From the NCBI GenBank assembly GCA_963711835.1, contig CAVQFQ010000004.1:288001-352000 (forward strand): a stretch of DNA of 64,000 nucleotides, in the 5' to 3' direction. A program made the position numbers and the translations under genes. Below the pieces are notes generated by a model. That model did not search any database and was not told the origin of the DNA. It saw only the letters and a program-made list of their open reading frames with translations. Source of the DNA: an uncultured delta proteobacterium (lineage in GTDB: Bacteria > Desulfobacterota > RBG-13-43-22). This document shows positions 1 to 8,964 of this stretch, piece after piece (positions within the stretch are counted from its first letter, which is position 1; each line of letters starts with the position of its first letter).

Positions 1-231
1 CCAACACCAAAGTCCCGCCGAGGCGGGATGAATGCCCGGCTCCTAACCAACTTAGTCCGCCGCGGCGGACGGGCCGGGTTCTTCGCATCCAAAACAATGC
101 TCAGTCCCACTCCTGCGGAGTGGATCCCAGTTTGGGGCTACGGATTGCCTTTCGGACAACCTTGAAATCAAGACCCCTGAACCCCTCTATGAATGGGTAG
201 CTTAATAATCCCGTAACTTTGGGACAAACTC
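1..231. mobile_element. MITE family A, copy 1 (left part cut off by the window edge)
   Basis: Aligns by eye with 16761-16933 (CCAACACCAAAG...GGACAACCTTGAAATCAAGACCCCTGAA...AATCCCGTAACTTTGGGACAAACTC) and ends in the same right terminal repeat. Confidence 0.8.
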
Positions 232-402
232 AAGTCTTTTCATCCGGCCCATCCAGATTATCTTTTTTGACGCAAATCCATTTTTAAGCATGCACCATAA
301 ATGATTCACCTATTAATTAAATAAAACATAATGATTCCAATAGGTTTAAAATGACCATAATAATTCCAACACGTTACCCTAAAATATTAAAATATATAAC
401 AA

Positions 403-446
403 ATTCAATTTGTTAAAAGATGAGTATTTTTGGCATGAATCTTGGT
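403..446 (+). promoter_or_regulatory. Putative sigma54 (-24/-12) promoter with upstream IHF-like site
   Basis: TGGCAT-GAATC-TTGGT at 431-446 versus consensus TGGCAC-N5-TTGCW; ATTCAATTTGTTA at 403-415 resembles WATCAANNNNTTR; AT-rich upstream region. Confidence 0.6.
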
Positions 447-491
447 TTAGAAAGCCTCAAGAAAAATCCTGCAGGGTTAGAGGGTGACGGA

Positions 492-1460
492 ATGGGAAGC
501 TTTGTGAGGTTTTTTCAGGTAATGACCAAACAAGACATCCAGGAAGCAGGTGGGAAAGCCGCCAACTTGGGCGAGCTTACCCAAGCGGGTTTTACTGTGC
601 CTCCCGGTTTTTGTGTGACCGCCAATTCCCTTTCCCATCATATAAAAGAGAACGATCTTCAAGAAAAAATCGAAAAGATCGCAGCCGGTTTTAATTATGA
701 AGACTATGGAGAGATTGAATCTAAAACCTCCGCTATCCGATCCCTGATTACCGCAGTCCCTATTCCCGAAGATCTTGAAAAGGAATTAAAAGAGGCCATT
801 CAACAATTAACCAACCATGACCGTCATTTGGTAGCCGTGCGTTCCTCGGTGGCGGTAAAAGGAAGCCCTATTTCCTCCTTCCCGGGGATGATGGACACCT
901 TCCATTATTTGGCCGGCCAGGAGGAAATCATAGGCCACATTAAAATGTGCTGGGCTTCCCTCTGGACTTCCCGGGCCACCTACAACCGTTTTCATAAGCA
1001 TATCGACCATAACCTCGGCCTTATTGCCCCGATCGTCCAGCAGATGATCAACCCGGAAGTGGCCGGTATCCTTTTTACCGCCAACCCGATTACCAGCGCC
1101 AGAGACGAAATGGTGATCGAATCCAACTGGGGATTGGGGGAATCGGTTGTTTCGGGAAAGTCCATGAATGACTTTTTCGCCCTGGACAAGGCCACGCTGA
1201 CGATCAAGCAGAAGAAAATCGCCAAAAAAACCGTCATGGTTTGTTTCAACAAGGAAGCCGGGGTGGGGCGCAAGGAAATGGCCGTGGATCCTGAATTAAT
1301 GGACATCCCTACCCTTTCCGATGATCAGGTCCGGGGATTGGGGAAAACCGGCCTTCAGATCGAGACCCTCTTCGGCTCCCCCCAGGATATTGAGTGGGCC
1401 TATGCGCAAGAAAAGCAATATATTCTGCAGAGCAGGAATATAAGAAACCTGAAAGAATAA
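492..1460 (+). CDS. PEP/pyruvate-binding (PPDK_N, ATP-grasp) subunit of a split PEP-synthase/phenylphosphate synthase-like kinase (PpsB-like)
   Basis: GGKAANLGEL, VPPGF, VAVRSS, GILFTANP, WGLGESVVSG, PQDIEWA, ILQSR motifs; no phospho-His domain; ATG 492 follows GAGGGTG RBS (the ORF-track start at 420 overlaps the promoter). Confidence 0.85.
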   Translation: MGSFVRFFQVMTKQDIQEAGGKAANLGELTQAGFTVPPGFCVTANSLSHHIKENDLQEKIEKIAAGFNYEDYGEIESKTSAIRSLITAVPIPEDLEKELKEAIQQLTNHDRHLVAVRSSVAVKGSPISSFPGMMDTFHYLAGQEEIIGHIKMCWASLWTSRATYNRFHKHIDHNLGLIAPIVQQMINPEVAGILFTANPITSARDEMVIESNWGLGESVVSGKSMNDFFALDKATLTIKQKKIAKKTVMVCFNKEAGVGRKEMAVDPELMDIPTLSDDQVRGLGKTGLQIETLFGSPQDIEWAYAQEKQYILQSRNIRNLKE

Positions 1461-1481
1461 TCAGACAGGAGGAGCAAAACG

Positions 1482-2510
1482 ATGGCGCAAAGAACAGTCG
1501 ATGCACACAATCATTGGTACCCCAAGGAATATCTGGAATATTTGTGTAGCCGGGGGACCAAGAATTCCCCTAACGGGGTTCACGATGGCGGGACTCATTA
1601 CCGCATGTGGTATGAAGGGGTTTGTGTAGCCCATATTGATCGGGCCGGCCATTATGATTTGGATGAAAGGATAAAGGATCTGGATGCCGGGGGTCTGGAT
1701 ACCCAACTGCTCAGTGTAACCATTCCGGGGCCGGAATCCCTCGAAAAAGATGTCGGGCTTTACTGGGCAAAAAAATGCAACGACGCCTTAAAGAAGGCAA
1801 CTGAAGATTATCCGGGACGTTTTTACTTCCTGGCTTCTCTTCCTTATCAAGACCCCGATGAGGCCTGCAAGGAACTGGAACGATGCCACCAGATGGGCTG
1901 CGTCGGCATTCAGATGTTTTCCAATTTCAACTTCGAACCCATCTTTCTGGAAAAATACCACGGCATCTATGAGATTGCCAATAAGTATGAACTCCCCATG
2001 TTAATGCATCCAGCCGTTCCCATGACCAAGGATGTTATGAATACAATGCGGTTGCCCTACCAACTCTGGGGGTATACCTTAGACACCAGTATGGCCGTCA
2101 TGAGCCTTATCTTCCAGGGAGTTATGAAGAAATTCCCCAAGCTGACTATTGTGCATGGCCATTTGGGCGGCATGGTCCCTTATTTTGTACGACGGCTGCA
2201 GGACTCCTATAAGGGCTACGGCAAAGAGTGGGGGGTGGTGTTGGATGAGTCCCCCGATATTACTTATAAAAACAGGGTCTACCCGGATACCACCTCTTTT
2301 TATCACCCGGCCATGAAGTGCTGTCTGGAATGGGTCGGTCCCGAGCATATGTGCATTGGAACCGACTACGCCCACCGGGTCGGCGATCCTGAAGGGGCCA
2401 TCAAGGCGGTCAAGGAAGTAGGAGAACAAGCGGGATTGACCCAGGCCCAGGTGGATATGATCCTGGGGGGAAATCTCGAGAAACTTTTTAAACTGCCACC
2501 CCGAAAGTAA
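1482..2510 (+). CDS. Amidohydrolase_2 family protein (ACMSD/aromatic decarboxylase/hydratase-like)
   Basis: DAHNH metal motif, MHP, HGHLGG, GTDYAH, ILGGN; AGGAGG RBS. Confidence 0.85.
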   Translation: MAQRTVDAHNHWYPKEYLEYLCSRGTKNSPNGVHDGGTHYRMWYEGVCVAHIDRAGHYDLDERIKDLDAGGLDTQLLSVTIPGPESLEKDVGLYWAKKCNDALKKATEDYPGRFYFLASLPYQDPDEACKELERCHQMGCVGIQMFSNFNFEPIFLEKYHGIYEIANKYELPMLMHPAVPMTKDVMNTMRLPYQLWGYTLDTSMAVMSLIFQGVMKKFPKLTIVHGHLGGMVPYFVRRLQDSYKGYGKEWGVVLDESPDITYKNRVYPDTTSFYHPAMKCCLEWVGPEHMCIGTDYAHRVGDPEGAIKAVKEVGEQAGLTQAQVDMILGGNLEKLFKLPPRK

Positions 2511-2562
2511 AAGAACCCGTTGGAGCTTCGTTAAAAGGGGTTTACAACAGTACTGTAGGTTT

Positions 2563-2603
2563 AGGGCGGGGGTTAGCCCCCCGCCCTTGCCCTTTTCTTT
2601 TTT
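2563..2603 (+). terminator. GC hairpin with U-rich tract (terminator or mRNA-stabilising hairpin)
   Basis: AGGGCGGGGG-ttagc-CCCCCGCCCT followed by TTTTCTTTTTT. Confidence 0.6.
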
Positions 2604-2666
2604 ACCCAGGGTGGGTCGACCTGGGGATCAAACGAGCCAGTTAAACCTAACCTGAGGGAAAGAACC

Positions 2667-3401
2667 ATGTTGGAAGTCAAATGGTGCGGCTTTGACTACG
2701 GACAATGCATCATGGAACCGGGTGGGCTCAGAAATCCCCTTGTTTTTGGAGATATTTACAAGGCCCTGGGAAAGCCGGAGCTGATCTCGGAAAAGATACA
2801 CAAGTACCGGATCCTCAAGGAAAAATACGGCAGCTACGGCCGAATTAAAGAGGGCCATCGCGATGAAATTTACAGTTTTGTCCTGGACAATGACCCCAAG
2901 GCTTCAGAGCTTTTTGGCGAGAAAGAGCAGGAATACCTGGACATAGGTACCGGGCTGGAGGAGGCCCTGGCCTATCTTCACGACCAGGGAATCGAGTTGC
3001 AGGTTGTTTCAGAAATGAAAAAAACGTTGGGGGCTGTGGGAACCGACATGGTTTCCCGGTTCCTTAAAAGAAGAGGGCTGGTCAAATACTTCCAGGAACT
3101 GGTCACCCCCCAAGGCAAGATCGATTTGACCAACGACCAAATTGACTTGCGCTATAAAGGATACACTAAAGAAAGCGGAACCCTTTATGATGTCCTAGCT
3201 CAAGAATTGAAGGAAAAAGGAATCGAACCCGATGAAGCGGTCATGGTCGGAGACAAACCGGAAACCGATATCAATCCGGCTCATGACCGAGGCTTCAAAA
3301 CCATTCAATATACGGGCTTTATTGACTTGGGTCCTTCCAAAGCCGACCTGGTCATTCGTTCTTTTCAGGAATTAAAAACCATCCTGAAGAAAAAGGGGTA
3401 A
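2667..3401 (+). CDS. HAD-superfamily hydrolase
   Basis: N-terminal GFDYG (motif I variant) and C-terminal MVGDKPETDINPA motif. Confidence 0.8.
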   Translation: MLEVKWCGFDYGQCIMEPGGLRNPLVFGDIYKALGKPELISEKIHKYRILKEKYGSYGRIKEGHRDEIYSFVLDNDPKASELFGEKEQEYLDIGTGLEEALAYLHDQGIELQVVSEMKKTLGAVGTDMVSRFLKRRGLVKYFQELVTPQGKIDLTNDQIDLRYKGYTKESGTLYDVLAQELKEKGIEPDEAVMVGDKPETDINPAHDRGFKTIQYTGFIDLGPSKADLVIRSFQELKTILKKKG

Positions 3402-3405
3402 TCAC

Positions 3406-4035
3406 GTGGCCGCATTGAAGCCTTTTCACTTAACCATGGAATACGAAGATGGAACAAAAACCACCCTCCCCTTCGGTGCGCTTCCCCTGACCTTGCAAGC
3501 CGAACTTATGCGACAGCCCGCCTTTAGCCGCCCCAGTCCCGATCCGGAAAACGAAAACTTTTTACTTCTGGAATGGGAGGACGGCTGGATAGAGGTTATC
3601 AAAGTCGATAGCGACTGCCGGGAAATCAATCGGTATTACGTTATCAACCGCCCCGAGGACAGCGGCCGACTATCCCTGACCAGAAAAAACGGCTATCCGG
3701 AATTGATTGAAATCAACCGCAAACCGCTTCAACTCAAAAAAATCCATTTCATGGATTCCTTTGGACTGAACCTGAAAAAATCGGTCCGGGAAGGAAAAAA
3801 AACAGACCACTTCTTCACCCTGGAAAAATGCGAACCGGTCCTTTCGGAAATTCTGGCTCGTTTCAAAAGAATCGTCAAACAGGAAGGATTGGATCTTTCT
3901 CGTCTGAGGCCTCCATCTTCCGGACAGGAAGATGAGGATTATCAGAAGGTCTGGCAAGGGCTGGGCATCCTGGCTGGTCAGCGCCAGCAGGATGTCTTTG
4001 ATTTTATCACCTGCTTGGCCAAAAAGGCCACTTAG
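3406..4035 (+). CDS. Hypothetical protein (209 aa)
   Basis: GTG-start ORF packed tightly between the HAD and OYE genes; no recognisable motif. Confidence 0.7.
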   Translation: MAALKPFHLTMEYEDGTKTTLPFGALPLTLQAELMRQPAFSRPSPDPENENFLLLEWEDGWIEVIKVDSDCREINRYYVINRPEDSGRLSLTRKNGYPELIEINRKPLQLKKIHFMDSFGLNLKKSVREGKKTDHFFTLEKCEPVLSEILARFKRIVKQEGLDLSRLRPPSSGQEDEDYQKVWQGLGILAGQRQQDVFDFITCLAKKAT

Positions 4036-4057
4036 GTTCTAAAAAAGGGAAAAGGCC

Positions 4058-5188
4058 ATGACGCTCTTTAAACCGTATTCCATTCATAACAAACTCGCCT
4101 TGAACAATCACATCATGATGCCTCCGGTAGTCACCCGTCTGGCCACCACTGAGGGCCAAGTGACCGAGGCCTTGATCGATCGCTATGTCCTCTATGGAAA
4201 AGGAGGGGCTGGGATTGTAGTCACCGAGGCCGTATCCGTTAAGAAGCAAAAAAGCGGTCAGCTTCTGCGTCTCAGTGACGATGCCTTTGTCCCCGGCCTG
4301 AAGGAATTGACCAGCCGTTTTCATCAGGAGACCAACTCCAGGATCGCCCCCCAGATTATACACTTTCTCAAGATCGCCAAGAGCGGGTACCGCCAGAAGG
4401 TGGAGGACCTGACGCTGGAGGAGGTCCGGGAAATACCCGGTCTTTTCGCCCAGGCCGCCTACCGGGCCCGCCAGGCTGGTTTTGATGCCGTGGAACTCCA
4501 CTTTGCTCATGCCTATACCATGTCTTCGTTTCTCTCGCGTTACAATCACCGAAAGGATGAGTATGGAGGGAACCTTGAGAATCGTCTTCGTTTGGCCTTA
4601 GAGGTGGTTCAGGCCGCACGAAAGGCTGTCGGAGAGGATATCGTATTGGGTGCCCGGATGAACGGGGATGAATTCACCTTGGGGGGGAACACCCTCGAAC
4701 AAACCCGAAAGATTGCCCTCCGATTGGCTGAACTGGGTCTGGATTATCTGAGCATCTCGGCCGGCGGGAAATTTGAAGACGCCCTGCAAAAGGAAGGAGA
4801 GTCTCTGGATCCTTATACCGGTTACAGTGGCAATCGTTCCATGCCTCCCCTTTGGATGCCCGAAAAAGTGAATGTCTACCTGGCGGCGGATCTTAAACGC
4901 ACCTTGAAGCAAGCCGGCTTTTCTCCAACAGTCATCACGGCTGGACGGATCCCCACGGCCCAAGTGGCCGAGGGCATCCTGGCCAACCAGGAAGCCGACA
5001 TGGTGGCCATAGCCCGGCCTATTCTCTGTGACCCTTATTGGCCTAAAAAGCACCAGGAAGGCCGTGAAAAGGACATCGTAAAATGTATCTACTGCAACAA
5101 GTGCCGTGAGGCGGAAGGCGCCTTTGAGGAAGTAACTTGTTTTCAGTGGCAAAAGAAGGACGGAACCACCCGGATCCCTAACCCATAA
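4058..5188 (+). CDS. NADH:flavin oxidoreductase (old yellow enzyme family) with C-terminal Cys cluster
   Basis: GFDAVELHFAHAY, R.DEYGGNLENRLR, ADMVAIARPILCDP, C-terminal CIYCNKC-x11-C. Confidence 0.9.
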   Translation: MTLFKPYSIHNKLALNNHIMMPPVVTRLATTEGQVTEALIDRYVLYGKGGAGIVVTEAVSVKKQKSGQLLRLSDDAFVPGLKELTSRFHQETNSRIAPQIIHFLKIAKSGYRQKVEDLTLEEVREIPGLFAQAAYRARQAGFDAVELHFAHAYTMSSFLSRYNHRKDEYGGNLENRLRLALEVVQAARKAVGEDIVLGARMNGDEFTLGGNTLEQTRKIALRLAELGLDYLSISAGGKFEDALQKEGESLDPYTGYSGNRSMPPLWMPEKVNVYLAADLKRTLKQAGFSPTVITAGRIPTAQVAEGILANQEADMVAIARPILCDPYWPKKHQEGREKDIVKCIYCNKCREAEGAFEEVTCFQWQKKDGTTRIPNP

Positions 5189-5262
5189 TCACTAGACCGG
5201 TGCGGACTGATTCTTTTTCCCCTTTTTGAATCAGGACGTCTCCTTCGAGGAATTGGGCCATT

Positions 5263-6933
5263 ATGAATCTGGAAGGGTTTACCCCGTACGATTCAAAGGC
5301 GGTTGACCGGTACGAAAAGAAGCGCTGGTGGCTGGGCATAACCCTGGGGGATATGTTCGACAAGACCAGCGACCTTTATCCGGCCAAAGAAGCCCTGGTT
5401 GGGGAGGGCAAGCGCTACACCTATGGCCGGTTACGCCAGGTGGTGGATACGCTGGCCCACCGGTTGCTTCAAGAAGGATTCCGTCCCGGCGACCGGGTAT
5501 TGCTTCAACTGCCGAACTGGCCGGAATTTGTCATCTCCTACTTTGCCCTTCAAAAGGCCGGCCTGATTATGGTCCTGCTGACAGTAAACCATACCGCCCG
5601 TGAAGTCTCCCACCTGGCCGGCCTCACCCAGCCCAAAGGTTGGATCCTTCCCCGCCGCTACCGGAAGATTGATTTTTTGCCCCTCGTCCAGCAGGTCAGA
5701 GGGCAGAACCCCATTCTGGAAAAAATCATTTTTTTAAATCCAACCCGTCCGGAACTCGAAAAAGGGGATCTCTGGTTTGATGACCTGATCGAAATTCGGG
5801 CCGAACCGGACAGCCTGCAGAAAACCCTGGAAAAGATCCGTCCCGATCCCGGTCAGGTCTGCCAAATATTGCCTTCCGGAGGGACCACCGGACTTCCCAA
5901 AGGGGCTCCCCGGACCCATAACGATTACATCTGTAATATCGAATATAAATCTCGTGCTTGGGATATAAATGTAACGGATACCTGTTTAGTAGCCTCCACG
6001 GCAGGACACAATTTAGCCTTACTGGTGTGTGTCACCGGGCCGATTTTTCACGGGGCCAAAGTGGTCATGATGGACTCGACCTATCCCAAAGACTTCTGCC
6101 AACTGGTCCAAGATGAAAAGGTGACTTGTACAGGTATGGTGCCCACCTTGATCAGCCGCATTGTCAGTTATGAAGATCTCGGAAATTTTGATTTGACCAG
6201 TCTTAAAAAAATTTATGTCGGAGCGGCCAACAGTCCTCCCGAACTGGTTCGAAATGTAGAAGTGAAAATCGGAGCCCGCTACATAAATGCCTTCGGCATG
6301 GTCGAGGGCCCCTGCTCCCAGTCCCGCCCAGCGGACGCCATCGAGATTCGATATAACACGATCGGAAGGCCCGTCTGCCCCTACGATCAATTCATTACCC
6401 TGGACCAGGCGGGAAGTCCAACCCTTCCCGGCCTGGAAGGTGAAATGGCCGCCAAAGGCCCAGGTGTATTTACCGGCTACTTCAAAAATCCCCAAGCCAA
6501 CCAGAAAAGCTTTACACCCGATGGCTATTTTCGTACCGGTGATCTGGCCGTCATCGACCAGCAAGGCCTCATCCGAATTACGGGTCGGATAAAAGACATT
6601 ATAATCCGGGGAGGAGAAAATATTGCAGCTCGAGATGTGGAGGATCTCATTTCCTCCCATCCCAAGGTTGAATATGTGGCTGCAGTGGGAATGCCTGATC
6701 CCGACCTGGGAGAGCAGATATGCGCCTACATTAAAGTTGTGGAAGGGACCAGCCTTTCTTCAGACGAATTGCTGCAGTATTTGCTGATAATGGAGGCCCC
6801 CAAGGCCCATATCCCGGCCCGAATTGAACTGGTTTCCTCGATTCCGCTTACCGCGGCAGGCAAGGCCGACAAGAAGGTCCTTAAAAACGCTATTGAAGAA
6901 AAATTGAAAGCGGAGGGTAAGATCCAGGTCTGA
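5263..6933 (+). CDS. Aryl-acid AMP/CoA ligase, DhbE/EntE-like
   Basis: SGGTTGLPKGAPRTHNDY, GHNLAL, AFGMVEG, YFRTGDL, GRIKDIIIRGGENI, GKADKK. Confidence 0.85.
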   Translation: MNLEGFTPYDSKAVDRYEKKRWWLGITLGDMFDKTSDLYPAKEALVGEGKRYTYGRLRQVVDTLAHRLLQEGFRPGDRVLLQLPNWPEFVISYFALQKAGLIMVLLTVNHTAREVSHLAGLTQPKGWILPRRYRKIDFLPLVQQVRGQNPILEKIIFLNPTRPELEKGDLWFDDLIEIRAEPDSLQKTLEKIRPDPGQVCQILPSGGTTGLPKGAPRTHNDYICNIEYKSRAWDINVTDTCLVASTAGHNLALLVCVTGPIFHGAKVVMMDSTYPKDFCQLVQDEKVTCTGMVPTLISRIVSYEDLGNFDLTSLKKIYVGAANSPPELVRNVEVKIGARYINAFGMVEGPCSQSRPADAIEIRYNTIGRPVCPYDQFITLDQAGSPTLPGLEGEMAAKGPGVFTGYFKNPQANQKSFTPDGYFRTGDLAVIDQQGLIRITGRIKDIIIRGGENIAARDVEDLISSHPKVEYVAAVGMPDPDLGEQICAYIKVVEGTSLSSDELLQYLLIMEAPKAHIPARIELVSSIPLTAAGKADKKVLKNAIEEKLKAEGKIQV

Positions 6934-6978
6934 CTTCTATCCAGGCCAGGCTATCAACAGAAAGAAAGGAGAACCAAG

Positions 6979-7740
6979 ATGAACTTGAAGGGGAAAACCG
7001 CCATCATTACCGGAGGAGCCCGGGGAATCGGGAAGGCTATTGCCTTGCGCCTGGCCCGTGACGGAGCCAACATCGGTCTGCTGGATATCCAAAAGGAGGT
7101 TGCTGAAAAAACCAGCCTGGAGATTCAGGCCCTTGGGGTGAAGGCCTTGTCCCTGACCTGTGATGCTACCGTTTATGACCAGGTTAAGGAATCGGTGGCC
7201 AAGATGGTTCAAACCTTCGGCTCACTCGATATCCTGATCAATAACGCCGGCATGGATGTTTCCAAATTCTTTGTTGATACCGACCAGGCCCTCTGGGACC
7301 GGGTGATCAGCGTCAATTATAGAAGTTTTTTAATAACCACCCATGTCTGTCTGCCCTATATGATCCAACAGAACAGCGGCAACATTGTCAGCTTGGGATC
7401 AGACGCCGGCCGCGTTGGAAACTCCGGCGAGGTTCTTTATTGCGGCACGAAAGCGGCCATTATGGCCAGTTCCAAGGCCCTGGCCCGCGAACTGGCCCGA
7501 TACAATATCCGGGTCAATTGCGTCAGTCCGGGCCCAGTCCAAACCGACCTCTTAGCCGGGCTTCATGAAGGAGAAAAGGGGAAAAAGATCATGGAAGCCG
7601 TGGCTAAAATGATCCCCATGAGACGCCTTGGAGAACCGGAAGATGTGGCCGATGTAGTGGCTTTCTTTGTCAGCGAAGACTCCCGCTATCTCACCGGGCA
7701 GGTCTTGAGCGTGGACGGCGGTTTGACCATGATCGGCTAA
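6979..7740 (+). CDS. SDR oxidoreductase, BadH (2-hydroxycyclohexanecarboxyl-CoA dehydrogenase)-like
   Basis: TGGARGIG, NNAG, SDAGRVGNSGEVLYCGTK, SVDGGLTMIG. Confidence 0.8.
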   Translation: MNLKGKTAIITGGARGIGKAIALRLARDGANIGLLDIQKEVAEKTSLEIQALGVKALSLTCDATVYDQVKESVAKMVQTFGSLDILINNAGMDVSKFFVDTDQALWDRVISVNYRSFLITTHVCLPYMIQQNSGNIVSLGSDAGRVGNSGEVLYCGTKAAIMASSKALARELARYNIRVNCVSPGPVQTDLLAGLHEGEKGKKIMEAVAKMIPMRRLGEPEDVADVVAFFVSEDSRYLTGQVLSVDGGLTMIG

Positions 7741-7761
7741 TCCCGAAGGAAGGAGTGACCT

Positions 7762-8889
7762 ATGGACTTCAGTCTGCCGGAAGAAATACTGAAATACAAA
7801 TTAGAGGCCAAGGAATGGGTTGAAAGAGTCTTAGACCCTTTATCGGTACCTTTGGAAGAAGAGGAGCGGATCCCACCGGAACTGGTCGAGGCCCTGAGAA
7901 AAGGACGTTTTTTTGGTCTAACCATCCCCAAGGAATACGGAGGCCAGGGTTGGAAGGCTGTGGAATGGTTTACCGTCCTGGAGGAGCTGTCCAAGGCCTA
8001 TGCCACGGTACGCTTGATCGCCCATACCATGAACGGGCTCTTTTGGAGGCCCTTGCTTTATTTCGGGACGGAAGAGCAACGGAAAAAATATCTTTCCAAA
8101 TTAGCCAGCGGAGAGATCTGGGCCGCCAACAGCCTGACCGAACCGGAGGCCGGGACAGGAAAGGATATTAATTCAAAGGCCGTTCAGGACGGCAGTGATT
8201 ATATCTTAAACGGCCAAAAATGGCTGATTACCTTATTCCCAGACTACACCAAGCTGATTTACGCCTTTGCCGCTACCGAAGAAGGGGTTACCTCCTTTCT
8301 GGTGGATGTCCCCACGGAAGGATTGATTCTTAAACCCATGGCGAAAATGATGGGCTGTGTAGGGCCGCGCCATTTCAAGGTCATCTATCAGAACTGCCGG
8401 GTTCCGGCCACCAACGTCCTGGGCCAAAAAGGGAAAGGATTGGATGTGGCTTTTGGCATGCTCCATTTAAGCCGGGTTTCCATCGCCTTTTGCTGTGTCG
8501 GCTTGGCTCAACGGATGCTGGATCTGGCCGTTGATTACGCCAGGAAAAGAACCACCTTTGGAAAGCTGATTGCCCAGCGTCAGGCTATCCAAAACAACCT
8601 GGCCCAGATGGCCACTGAAATACAGGCTGCCCGTCTCCTGGCCTACGAAGCAGCCTGGAAATTCGACCAAGGTCAGGATATCGTCAAAGAAGCGGCCATG
8701 TCCAAGTTGTTTGCCGAGCAGGTCGTTACCCGGGTTTCCGAGATGGCCTTGCGGATCCACGGCGGGATCGGATATACCAAGGCCTATCCCATGGAACGCC
8801 ATTTTCGGGATGTGCGCTCCTTTCACTTCGAAGAAGGCACCGAGGAAATCCAAAAACTTTTGATTTCCCGGTTTATCTTGAGGTCGTGA
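7762..8889 (+). CDS. Acyl-CoA dehydrogenase
   Basis: SLTEPEAG, LNGQKWLIT, RTTFGKLIA, IHGGIGY, EGTEEIQK. Confidence 0.9.
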   Translation: MDFSLPEEILKYKLEAKEWVERVLDPLSVPLEEEERIPPELVEALRKGRFFGLTIPKEYGGQGWKAVEWFTVLEELSKAYATVRLIAHTMNGLFWRPLLYFGTEEQRKKYLSKLASGEIWAANSLTEPEAGTGKDINSKAVQDGSDYILNGQKWLITLFPDYTKLIYAFAATEEGVTSFLVDVPTEGLILKPMAKMMGCVGPRHFKVIYQNCRVPATNVLGQKGKGLDVAFGMLHLSRVSIAFCCVGLAQRMLDLAVDYARKRTTFGKLIAQRQAIQNNLAQMATEIQAARLLAYEAAWKFDQGQDIVKEAAMSKLFAEQVVTRVSEMALRIHGGIGYTKAYPMERHFRDVRSFHFEEGTEEIQKLLISRFILRS

Positions 8890-8964
8890 GGCAGGGGGCC
8901 GGACGATTTTTTTTGGTCCGGCCAAAATGGTAGAGGACTTTAACCAGATGAAAGGGAGGGCTTT

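Noticed and set aside
420-491. N-terminal extension of the PPDK_N ORF
   Set aside because: Overlaps the putative sigma54 promoter; ATG 492 has a good RBS
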